A DNA stretch of 64,000 bases, from contig OZ365112.1 of the NCBI GenBank assembly GCA_977030845.1, positions 12,586,001 to 12,650,000 of the forward strand, written 5' to 3'. Shown in pieces: positions 1 through 11,370 of this stretch. Position numbers and translations under genes: made by a program. Source of the stretch: Fimbriosthenelais zetlandica (lineage: Eukaryota). Under the pieces are notes generated by a model, which saw only the letters and a program-made list of their open reading frames with translations, was not told the origin of the DNA and ran no database searches. The first letter of the stretch is position 1; each line of letters starts with the position of its first letter.

Positions 1-569
1 ATAAGTCACTCCTGAACTTGGCACTTTGTTGAGTGTTCTTACTCAGAAGGTGCCTTCTAATCTCTGTAGGTGTTTCTCTAACCATTCTCTAACACCCTGT
101 CTTAAGCTTTTATCTCATTCGCTGGCTACATGTGTGACACACGACATTCACCATTCTAAATCCGGCAAGTAGAAATCTATTTCAAGACTTCAAAGCTCAT
201 TTTACCAAGATTTAATATACTTTCAGTAAGGGATCAACAGGTATACTATACATTAACGTCATATAAATAGATGTTCCTCCTTCACATTAACTATTTAGAT
301 ATATCCCCTCCGACGACATTCCATAGTGACATTCAGGTATCCTCTAATATGCCCTTGGGAGATGGCAAGATTAAACCTAATACCATCCATGTCTTGATAA
401 CTGGTCCAGTACATATCACATTTTCTAGTATTAATGCACTTGACACGTGTTCTGAACTGGAATAAATAATGATTAAATGAGGGATATCAAATTCTCGCTA
501 TGCTAGCTTCGGGTAATGATAAATATAGATATATCTGGAATAACTGAGTCGAATGTGGGAGGTGGAGGC

Positions 570-2150
570 TAAGCTTGAGGCTAAATGTTGGTCAGTGATG
601 ATGGACAGAACCAGGACCACCAGAGTACAAAGATAACCAAAGCTTGAGGCCATGACGAGTATCTAGTTACCATGCTCTCTCTGCACCTGGGATTCTAATG
701 TTGCACAGAGTGGTGACTAGGGCAGAAATAACTCTGTCAAGGTAAGACAAAACATGACAGTCACGGATGGCAGTAGATCAGTTAATATGTTGGCAGGATT
801 AGGTAAACCTGTCAGTCAGAGGCCAAGCAACAATACAGATGACTTTCTACCTCACCACATCAAGAGAAAAGATGTGAAACCCGATGTAATTTGGGATCAA
901 AATGTATCAAAACATAAAGACAAAGTATTTCTTTGTAGAGAAGCTTCAGTGGGATGATGTGGTAGTTTGAACAATGCAAGCTGGCAGATTTAATAAAGGT
1001 CAGATCAATAAAGATGAGATCGATAAAGCCAGGCTGTGTATTGTGCAACGCAGGCAAACAATACAGACAGAAGCATCCTAATTCAATGTCACAGGCGAGC
1101 CCGAGCCGGACAACTGAGAACACAGAGAGCCCTCTGGAGCGCATACGTAAATATCAACTGCCCTTCCAGCAATATCCGCTTCATCATTCGCATAAATAGT
1201 TCATGGAGCCGGGCACTGCTCCAACTGTCTGCATACTGCCATAAAAACTACCATAGAATATAGAAGCAAGTCAGCCAGGCGTTCTATGCTAATGATTTGG
1301 ATGCATTATCTAGCTCCGTTCGCCCTGCCTCAGTGGGTAACAAACATGGAACATTGACTATCTGATGGCAACAATTTTTCAATGCCTGATTGATTTTCCT
1401 TCAGACTTTCCTCATTCAAGAGAATGGCTGATAGGATTGCCATTTGAGCTTTGCTTCAGGCCAGTGAGCATTTGAAAAGGGTGCTATTACTATTATATTG
1501 ATTCTGTTTTCATTGAGATGATGATCGAGCCATCTTAAAGCAGGCCCTGTTCCTGGCTGTATTCCTGGTAGTCTCACCCAGTGCTGAGATTCACAGCCTG
1601 TTCCTCCCACACCCACAAGTATAGGAGCTGACTGGGACAGCTATAGTCATATTTGCAGATGGTCCATAGTAATCTCTATCGATTCTGCCAGTCTTGATCA
1701 ATATTATCGACGTTGAGATGAACTTAAAGCGATTCATCCCAGCCCGCTGGGCCAGTTTATTTATACGAGGGTCACCAACCTCCCATAGTCTGGATGCACC
1801 AGTAGCAGACATTTCTTATACTCTCATCATTACTATGTATTATGAAGTACAATTATCTGTAATCGTGACACGGTATAAAACAAGGGATTCTAGTTTGGAT
1901 GATGGAAATGGTACTAAATGATATGGCAATGTGCCAGTGATATTAGGTAAACAAAGGTATTTGCCCTGGGTCCGGCTCATTTATGGGTTTTTGGAATGTA
2001 GTAATAATAATAATAGCTGGTCCATGGTCGTTATATTCCATGTTTTTAGAAGGTGCCAGGCATACTGGCTCCAGCAGCGAGTTATACGTCACTAGATGAG
2101 CTCTATTTATACAGTGCTGCTAGCGACATTCCACCAACGTTTGTGTACAG
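570..2150 (+). mobile_element. Decayed DIRS1-like retrotransposon fragment (RNase H to tyrosine recombinase)
   Basis: RNase H-like: KCWSV (583) and HHIKRKDVKPD (854; cf. HIPGxxNxxAD). Recombinase-like, all in one frame with few stops: LKQALFLAV...AEIHSL (1535; cf. KTxFLLA..RVSELHAL), SHSLDAPV (1781; cf. LHTLDPVRA), HVFRRCQAYW (2039; cf. HSxRxxAxSW). By-eye matches only. Confidence 0.5.
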
Positions 2151-2649
2151 AGGTAGAATAATGGGCCACATTATTCCATTACTGGTAACAAGCATCTCAA
2201 CTAGCTGAGTGAATGAAGCTCAGTAATTATAGGCTTCAGCTCCAACACAAACTTTCCCAAACTAGTCTTTAATCACATGTTGAGGCATGTCACCTCCATG
2301 GGCAATAATTTTGACACATCATTGACGTGATTTATCAAGCTTTAGAAAGAAGCTTGGCCGAATCAATATAGTGATATATTGATTGGTAATGGTATTGTAT
2401 TCATGAAAGCTCTCACTGAGTGAGAGAGATTAGAATAGAGCTCAATGTCATCATCCACTCTCACATACCATCATAAACTGGCCTGACCTTCCCAAACAGA
2501 CCATGAAAGGTCACCTATCAAAGACAGGAGACGTTCAGCCTTTATACCCCCACACCTTCACCATTGCCCCCCATATCACTATAGTCATGGAGCAGGAGAT
2601 AGAAGCCTCTCCCCTTCAATACATGGCCCATAAATTTACCTGTGATCAC

Positions 2650-2860
2650 TTATAAGGTATACCTGAATATTTCATGGCTAGACTCATTTCTCCCGTAATT
2701 GCCAGCCCCCGCACTTTTACCCGCATGCGATCGGGGCTTTATATGAGTGAGGCCACTAACACCAGATCCCCAATAATTACTCTTATGGACCACAAGGAAG
2801 AAACCGTAAAACATTTCACAACAATAATCCCATTACTTAGAGCCGGCAGGCAGCATTCAC
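2650..2860 (+). mobile_element. Decayed DIRS-like reverse transcriptase fragment
   Basis: ORF 2674 contains VIASPRTFTRM (cf. GLxSAPRxFTK) and HKEETVKHFTTIIPLLRAG (cf. SxEExxxHxxxVxxLLxxLG); YxDD is lost. Confidence 0.35.
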
Positions 2861-3949
2861 ATGCTGCTGTATGGTCATATATGGAGGTGCCATTAATTAG
2901 GAGAGGGGAATGGAGAGGGAGACGATGGAGGGCTTTGGGGCTGAACACTTTCTGTAGCAGTTCATCAGTACTGTCAATCATCCACCCCTCAGGACATGGA
3001 TTCCATTAAAAATTGACTGGCCATAATACCAGCCAGTACCAGGCCAGAAAAACAAGCACTGTCAACCATTGACAAGGGCCCCAGTAAGGCAATACATCTA
3101 TAACCCCATTAAGTTAGTAATACAGGGAAGAAAACACTTTGCTCAGATATAGAACTTGCAGTACAGTGAAATAAAACTATTTCTAATATAGCTGCAGGGA
3201 AACCTCCTTTCACCTAAAGTTCTGATATTTATTTTCGACCCAATATTAGTCACTGAGTAGAGTAGAGGGTGGCATACCTTGGATCTATGACCTAGCAGGA
3301 CCAGCTGGTGCTAGCATGTCACTAACTTGTTGGACATGGGTAGAGGTGAGCAGCTATGTCAATACAATCAGCCCCCATCCCCCCACACCATCCATCTCTA
3401 CCACTAGTCTACCACACAACCAGCATCATCATTCATACAGCCATGTTTTTTGTTATGATGGACCATGTGGGAAACCTGGTGCTCAGTGGCACTCAATTCC
3501 ACAATGGTCACTATGAGGAATGTCCATATAGGGGCCAGACCTATATCACTGTTCCTATTAGCTGCTAGTACTGTATAACGTGGGAGACTTGCACTAGGCT
3601 TCATGCCAATTGAAAAAAAAATCCAATTAAGTTCAGATCCATTAGTTCTGCAAAGCATTTAATATCAAAAAAGATAAAGGAAAGAAAAGATAAAAACACA
3701 AAAAAAACCAAGGAAACAATCTCCATAAAGTGAAAACTATTTCATATGTGGAATAATATTTCCATATTGTATTCTAATTACTTAGGATCTTGTGGGATCC
3801 AGACTATAAATCGAGGGGGAAATTACTGTCCAGCAAACAGTGGAAGAGACAATCCCTTTATACTGGAGACGTATAAAGATGAATGTTCCAGACTGCTGTG
3901 AAGCAAGGACAAGACCCAGGCGAGGAAAGTTGCAGTAGTCTTCCTAATC

Positions 3950-5150
3950 CCAGCACGCAGCATGGAGCAATTGGGGCCAGAATCCTGCAACAATTTATCA
4001 TCGTTTTCTCTCCAAGGAATGAGCTTTTTCCCTCTCTGTTCACGACAAGAGGGAATTCAAAACTCACACTCAGCGTTTCTTCAAGGCCCTGGTGGAAGAC
4101 AGGAATGATCTCAACACAAATATCTGATTGACTCTCACACTGAGGGGCCGTTGGTTCCATTGTAAGAAATGAGCAATTCCTCCTTGTACTTGCTCAGCAG
4201 TACCCAGCAGCCCTTTCATCCATAAAGGGCAGTCGCTGAGCAGAGTGCTGAACCATCAGACCAAAGCACATGAAAGCGTGCCATGCTTTTACCTACACAA
4301 ATTTGGTTTTACATCAAGTACCTAACCTAATTTACCTCAACCAATTTACTAATGTTTCTGCTGTATCCTAATTGAAACATTTGCAGTTTTTCAGAGTGGA
4401 GGAAATCTCCTTTATTTTAAGCAGATGTCTATTTGTATACGAGAAGTAAGTACTGTTCCAAGATGTAACTAAAACAGCAGAATCAGAGAGTATGACTGTT
4501 GTAGGCCACATAAATCTATCTAATGTACATGGCACCATAAGTAGTGGCAGTGTTCATCATCATATTGTATTTGGTCTGCCTCTCAAGTCTGCTGCAGCCA
4601 TCTCTGGGGGATATTAACAGATTGGCTGGCCTTACTGATAGCACACAGGTATGGTCTGACATTAGCAGGCACCGGAGTGTATAAAGCAGGGTTTTAACCC
4701 CAGTGCACCACCCTCTCCACACATGGAGGTCATTGCCCTTTTCAAACGCTCAAACACGCCATTTTGGTCAGTACATGCCAGATAGTTCAGTACATGCCAG
4801 ATCTGCTACATAACCATCTGAACACTAAGGAACAAAGATACAGCTATCCTGTCAAATGAAAGGTCACTAATGTGAATAGAGCCATCGACCTGCTCATGTA
4901 TATTTAATCAAAGGAAGCAACCCTCGCATTTCAGCCCACATTTAGAGGGAAATGGTTGATTTTAGCCCTTGGTGAGTGTAAAAGAAACCTCAATGCCAAG
5001 TGGGTGTAGAGCGCAGCAGCATAATAATGTATACATCTAGAGATCGATTGAGCTGGTACACAGAAAGTGGGGCTGCTTAGTGGAGTATATGAACTATTCA
5101 CCTGTGGCCAGGTGAGAGGTTCTGAGAGAGGAGTATATATTCCAGTCTTG
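3950..5150 (+). mobile_element. Decayed DIRS-like RT/RNase H fragment
   Basis: AIGARILQQF (cf. PVGARLxxF); ILTDWLAL at 4611 followed by KAGF (cf. YLDDWLI...LGF); KWGCL...AR*EV (cf. GWGAH...GxW). Multiple stops and frameshifts. Confidence 0.4.
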
Positions 5151-5550
5151 GTTTGTAAGTACATGATGTAGGAGCCAGGCTATGGGCGGTGGCCAGGTTG
5201 TCTATTTCGCCCCGTCTAGATTCTGTTTGGGGCCAGGTGCTGGGCAGTATAACATCCCCAGCTGCTGCTCCTCTCCTCTACAGCTACAAAGATGAAGTGT
5301 GAACACAGCTTTTTTTATGGATTTACCGGGTAATGGAAAATACTTCAGTGAATGAATTCTCCAGGGCTGGGTTACTGCGAAGCCACCGATGTAAACACAT
5401 ATGTTTCATGTGTGGAATGCTCCAGGGAAGGATATACTTTAAAATAAGGTTCAATTTAAATATTTCTTCCCTGCAAGATGACTATACATCGGTCTTAATA
5501 TTAAAGTCTATAGACCCATTAAAAATTGCAAGAACCAAAAATTTAACTCC

Positions 5551-5765
5551 AAGGTATCCCCCCAATGAACATTCTGAGGAATCCCCCCAGAGAACATTCT
5601 GAGGTATCCCCCAGTGATCATTATTTATGAGGAATCCGCCCCCTACGCCGACCCCTCTCCATTGAATATTCTGAGGTATCCCCCCGGAAACATTCTGAGG
5701 GATCCCCCCAATGAATATTCTGAGGAATCCCCCATAGTGATCATTCTGAGGAATGCCCCCAGTGA
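5551..5765. repeat. Degenerate minisatellite, ~25-bp unit (ATTCTGAGG[A/T/G]ATCCCCC core)
   Basis: Six exact ATTCTGAGG copies at 5571, 5596, 5668, 5692, 5717 and 5743, plus a variant near 5623; 24-26 bp spacing within runs. Confidence 0.9.
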
Positions 5766-7439
5766 TGTGATGAGAAACAAGAAGCAGCAGTAAATTTGGC
5801 AGCATTGATTTCTCTCCTGGTCTGGTACTAGATACTGAGCATCTGGAAACTGCAGGAGAGAAAGCTGGTGGGTCAGCGGGGGAGGAAGGTCCATAAACCC
5901 TGCTACACCGCCGACATGATACTGGTGAGAGGGTCAAGGTGATCCCGGTCTACGTGGTGAAAATATTATGATGGCTAGGGCAGGAAATGAAGATGAAGAG
6001 AAAGGAAATACAAGAGGAAGAAGATACGAGTAAAGAGAAGGGATAAATAGTTAAGGGGGTTATGAGTTGACGGTTAAGACATGGAGTGAAGGAGATGATA
6101 GAATTGGTGGATCTCTCTCTATTCAAGTTCATGTCCAAATCTCAGGAGGTTGGGGTGTGCTAGGTGAGCCTCAGGTATTTGGTATATATCTGGTCGCTCT
6201 ACCACTGACCCAGATGTTTTCACCCCTATCCTCCTCCTCCTCCCTTCCCCCTCCTACTCCTGCGATTCTTCCAGCTGCTCCTCCTGGGTCCCCCTACTTC
6301 TCATCCCTACTACAAGTCAAACTCCCTGTTTTCAGCATGGAGGCAGGGGCTGTGATTCCCATGGCAGGTGTAGGAGGGGGAGCTGCTACTACCTGTTGTA
6401 CATTGTGGGGGTGGTTAGATGTGTAAACACATTGAAATATCAGCTTCAGTCGGTGTCGACTCAGGTAATTCTAACAACACAACCATGATTAAATGGAACT
6501 ACATTCAACTAGAAGGTTTGGAGTCATTCTTTTTTGTCTACTTCACTATATTGCCTCTTCTAAGTATCAAAAACTGGCCAAGTTGATTACATAATACATA
6601 AGAATGGAACATGACTTAAAGTTAAGACCCTAGCGTGTTTTTCTTCCAAGGTTATTATCTTGTGACATGAGTTTGTCTTCCAGCTTTCGCTGCATGTCAT
6701 CTATGTATATATACACGGCACTATTTGTCTCAGTGTAACGAGTATGTGCTTTGCCTCTAGGCCCCATCTGAGCCTACAGCTGCGCACGCAGCATCTCCAG
6801 TGAAAAAAAAACCTTTTTCAGCCTTGACTCAGTGGGCTAGTGTTTTTCTTGTGGGCCTAGCCAGCTTTCTCTCTTTCTCTGTCACCCACGCAATGTTATG
6901 ACAGTCCATGCAGCATCTCTGTCTGCCTTGTCAAGTGATGAGCTCAGCGTATTTCCAGCGATCACTAGCCTGCCACAGCCCATACTCCATAGCTCATATT
7001 GGTTCTATGGGCGAGCCCACCACCCCACCCAGCCTCCCCCCAATCCATCCCATCCTCATCAGCTTTCAGACCCAGGCGCACGACCAGTGTTAAGCAGGCA
7101 ATCTTAGCTCTAACGCCTGGAATTAAGGCAGTCAATCCGTGGTGAACATTACTTGTGTGATGTGGTAATATATTCCAACAGCATTTACCCACAAATACAG
7201 ATCTCACAGCCTCCTCATACCTACATATATCTGAGGAACAGGCGGAATATATCCAGCCTTTTTAATCACTACCCATAATCATTACCTTTTTTGTCATAAT
7301 ATTATGATATGTAAGTAATTAAGATGCCTCAAGTAATCTATTCCCAGGCACATTTACATCGATATGAAATACGTACATCCATCGACAAAACAACCGAAAA
7401 AACGGCTGTAATGAGTGAGGAGAAATCCCATGGGTGCTG

Positions 7440-7700
7440 GCTTGGAGCTCCTGGGTTGAAAAAACATGTTCAACACGCAAGTGATTGTTGAAAAATCACT
7501 CCACATAAAATCTTCAATGAAGGCATGCCATCTGCGGGGATTTATCCACTCTGGTAAAGATAGCCAGATAATACTGGCGATTCACTTAAAATATTAATTT
7601 TGGAACAGTACAGGCGGTGGGACTGTCAGAGCAAAAACATTAACTGTCTAGACTCCTCACAAAACCAGAGGCATAACCTGTCAGCGTGCCCGTCTGTAAA
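7440..7700 (+). mobile_element. Decayed DIRS-like RT thumb / RNase H fragment
   Basis: LELLG*...IVEKS...LRGFI..DS (cf. LxxLGFxINxEKS...FLG..DS) and RWDCQSKNINCLD at 7615-7653 (cf. GxW....HINCLE). Confidence 0.45.
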
Positions 7701-9439
7701 ATGGAAGTTGTTAGTACCCGACTTCTTTTTGTTCGGGATTTTCCTTCCATTGGATGCAGTGACTTGAATTACAAGACATGGTAATTCTCAGAGGCGAAAT
7801 AAGATCTGGAACGCCGTCTTTCACGTCTCCTTCTTGCATCACCACTTTCATCCAATATTTATGCACTTATAAGACATACTATTAATATTTAAAAAGATGC
7901 AGCACAAATACTTAATACAGATTTAATAAATCATCAAACTGTCTCCATTAACATAAAAAAACCCAGGAAAATTGTATCCCTCCATATTTCAATAATTTAA
8001 AGAAAAGAACATTAAATTAGAGACAAATGCTTTGAGAAATACCTATCAATTCAAAAGTGCTCATCAAACTCGGGCCATTTACTCTCGTCTCAATTGAAGA
8101 GTCACGACAGGCCTACTTTATTCCAGTGGTGTTTTTGAATTGAATGGATTGAGAGATAATGTTATACAGGGCTGCGGGGCATCCACACTGCCCCGCTGAC
8201 AACACATCATCAGGAGTTGTCTTGTATAAAACAAGTCTACAGGCCCTGTGTGCAACAACTTCCTCACTCCCCTCAAGTTCCCTAAAGCTATTATCCCTGA
8301 AGTACCAATGGAATAATCAACAGGCGAAAATCTGCACATAATAGCAAACCAACCATTATTTAACCTGCATCTTGTTCTGTATACATGTATGTGTACACAT
8401 TCATTTCAAGTAGATCACATGAGGTTACTGTACATTCTTCTGATCGTATTTTTAACATGATTTAGAGATTTGAGCGAGTGAGTGATTCTAAAGGCGAGTG
8501 AGTCAGCAATTTTTCAGATCTCACAAAGCAAAGAGGAAACACGCTGTTGGCACATAACATGGCCTGCTCTCCTCAAACGTCAGTACTGTAGAGGACATGT
8601 TGTTCTCCGTTTCCAGTACATGGAGTGTAGGCGGAATATATATATATATATCTGTATCAGACCATATAAATGTCACTCCATCTTAATAAACACCAAACAT
8701 GGGGTCACACCTCTCACCTCGGGAATACTATTCACCAAATTAAGATGTACAAGTCTGTAAATGGAAAGCGACTCGTAGGTCTGAGAATTGAGAGGGTGGG
8801 GAGGGGCATTGTGAGGTCCAAGTAAATGACTGTGTCCTCCATAAAAGGGAGGCGTGATGGGGAAGGAATGGCCGGGCATTGTCGTAGAGAATCCATCTGA
8901 CGTAATTCCTCCACGCCCACTTATCTACTCAGGATGGAGGATATCAGGAGACGGCGACGTTTTAACTATTACACATTCACCAAGTGCCAGTATACACTTC
9001 CTCCCTCCTCTACTGCAATACCATCACACGAGTCAACGGACAAGGCATTAAGGCGTCCTCATAAAATTACTTATCAGCCTGTAGTGTGCAGTTCAAAGTC
9101 CTTAAAGATTAAGTGATGAGTGAGAAAAGAGGCATTTATTCCAACAAGTGGCGCTGGTCATTTTTTGGCCTTTTGACAATAAAGTGTGGAATCGTAGCAG
9201 CAATACCATGGTTTGGGGCATTCCTTTTCCTGTTGGAAATTATCCCATTGCAGAAAATTTCGCATGTAATAATGCTTGTGCTATTGGATTTAGAGAACAT
9301 AGTAGCAATTCGCAATAATATGAAGGCTCAGTCTTCAAATAGAGGACATAGACATTGCAGGAATCAGGTGATTACGATGACTTTAAATTGAAGGGAATTT
9401 GGGAATTATCATGTATCAGATATAAGTGATTAGGAGTAT

Positions 9440-9780
9440 AAGTGAGTATAAATTCATACGACGTAGGATGGCTCAGCCACAATAAGTATGAGGTGATGAT
9501 GTAGGTGATGGTAAGGTATGATGACTTGGTCAGCAGTATGTCCCGCGTCACGTACCTTCACCCATCATATCACCCATTCATGTTTTAGAGAGAACACTGA
9601 GGCGTACCGTTTGATCCTGATCAATCTTTCACAAGATCCTATCACTTCACCACAATACCAACAGGTCTGGGTATTAGATATTGCACTAGGATGTGCTAAG
9701 AAATTCATCACGGTTACAGGAAATGGCAACGATTCCATCAGAAATGTTCCATTATAGATATTAGATGCTGTGCGAGACCA
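9440..9780 (+). mobile_element. Decayed Gypsy-type integrase core fragment
   Basis: One frame from 9541 reads F*REH*GVPFDPDQSFTRSYHFTTIPTGLGIRYCTRMC*...WQRFH, matching the rve pattern FREHGVPxxIxSDxGxxFxSxxF....LGI....ERF. Confidence 0.5.
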
Positions 9781-10409
9781 AGCCAAAGCAATACTTTCTG
9801 CGAATCCAAATTACCAGAGATAGCAAACCGCAATTTGACCATGGAGGAGGTATTAAAATTAACGTCACTTTGGTTCCAATCTCACGCAAGGTTATAACCA
9901 GTGAAGGTCATATTTTATAGGTAAAAGTATGGAAAGCTAAACTCAACAGGTAATTTGTGTGAGGGCAGGTGTGGCGGTGTTATCTATAGGACTAAGGTGG
10001 AGGATTAGCAGCAGGCGAGCAGCAGCCTATGATAGGAGCCTGGTGCAGCAGGCAGTTCACACACCAGGCGTTTTAATTGCTGCCATCCTGAGTTACTCTC
10101 CTCCTTATTTGAGCTAATCCTGAGCAGAGAGAGCAAGCAGGGGCAATAAGGCAAACACAGGCTGACATAAAGATGGTCAGACAGGTATTGGGAGAGACTG
10201 GACATGAAATGGTAGCATCAACAACAGGGCTGGTAGAATATGGGAAGAGAAGGGGGGGGGGGGGAATGGACGGTGGGAAGAGAGGCAAGGAAGAAAATAA
10301 AATACGGAGATGAATAAGAGGATAAATTGTATGTGAGGGAAGGAAGGTAAGGAGTGTTAAGGGGGAGGGGGCAGGTAAAGGCCAGCACCTGACTATCTAT
10401 GGGGGAGGT

Positions 10410-10700
10410 GGGGCTGTATTGGAGCCAGTGTGGGGGTAATATCACCAGAGTGGTCCATCAATATTCCTCCCAGACCGGCTTGGATTCATCACTGGCTACC
10501 CTAGGTGCACAGTCCGCTGACAGCTTCCAATTTCACGCTGCCCACTGCCCTCACACTCCGCCAATATTGCTTTTGTTGTCCAATCAAACTGCCATATCTG
10601 ACCGGTCAGCCACTGAGACCTGCCTGAGGTCCTAGTTTGGCAAGCAACCCGGGCTATTTTTAGCTTCAGCTGATAAGAAAGCCCAGAGAGAGCCCCACTC
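10410..10700 (+). mobile_element. Decayed DIRS-like RT N-terminal fragment
   Basis: LLLLSNQTAI...GLFLASADKK in one frame (cf. LLxKxAI...LFLVPKK). Confidence 0.33.
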
Positions 10701-11370
10701 AAAGGGATCTAATCTCCCAACCATTACTCAGCAAAACATGGCTGCCTAACCTTAGAGTACAAAACTTATAGCAACACCCCCAGTAATTACTACCTATCAG
10801 AAATGAATGCCAAAAATAATACAGGCACTGATGATGAACTGCAAGATTTTGTAAGGTGGGAAAGATGTAATTTGTGAAAGGCGTAGGACATGCTTTTGAA
10901 GTCAGTGATGATACATATATGTATCATCACATATATGCATCATCACTGACTTCAACAACATGTTTTGTATGTTCTATATGTGTTGGCAAAGAGTGACGTC
11001 TGGTATACCTCTGGAAACAATAGGTATTAATCTTGTCTTTCTACAAAGCTGTTCAGGTGGCCAACACTACTTGGTCGGCCTAAAGAACCCTACAATAGCT
11101 GAAGTGTACAATCCTCTCAAAGCCTTGGCGACATTGCTCCTATAATCGCCTTGAGATCTGACAGAGAGCGGGGAATACCAAGTAAACAAAAGCAATCCAT
11201 AATACTCACTATTAAACATGAACAATACCAAATCCATACCGGATTCATTCTAGTAAAATGAACTTGAAAAAAACATTTTCTTAATGAGAAGAGTTATGAT
11301 GGAGTATGAAGACTCTATTGAACTATTAAACTTGAATCAAATGTATCTTGAAAAGTAATGGGGTACTTAC

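Noticed and set aside
5482-5937. 151-aa minus-strand ORF with GGIPQN repeats; CRISPR-like periodicity
   Set aside because: The ORF is a by-product of the minisatellite. Repeats are degenerate with no unique spacers, there are no cas genes, and the context is eukaryotic.
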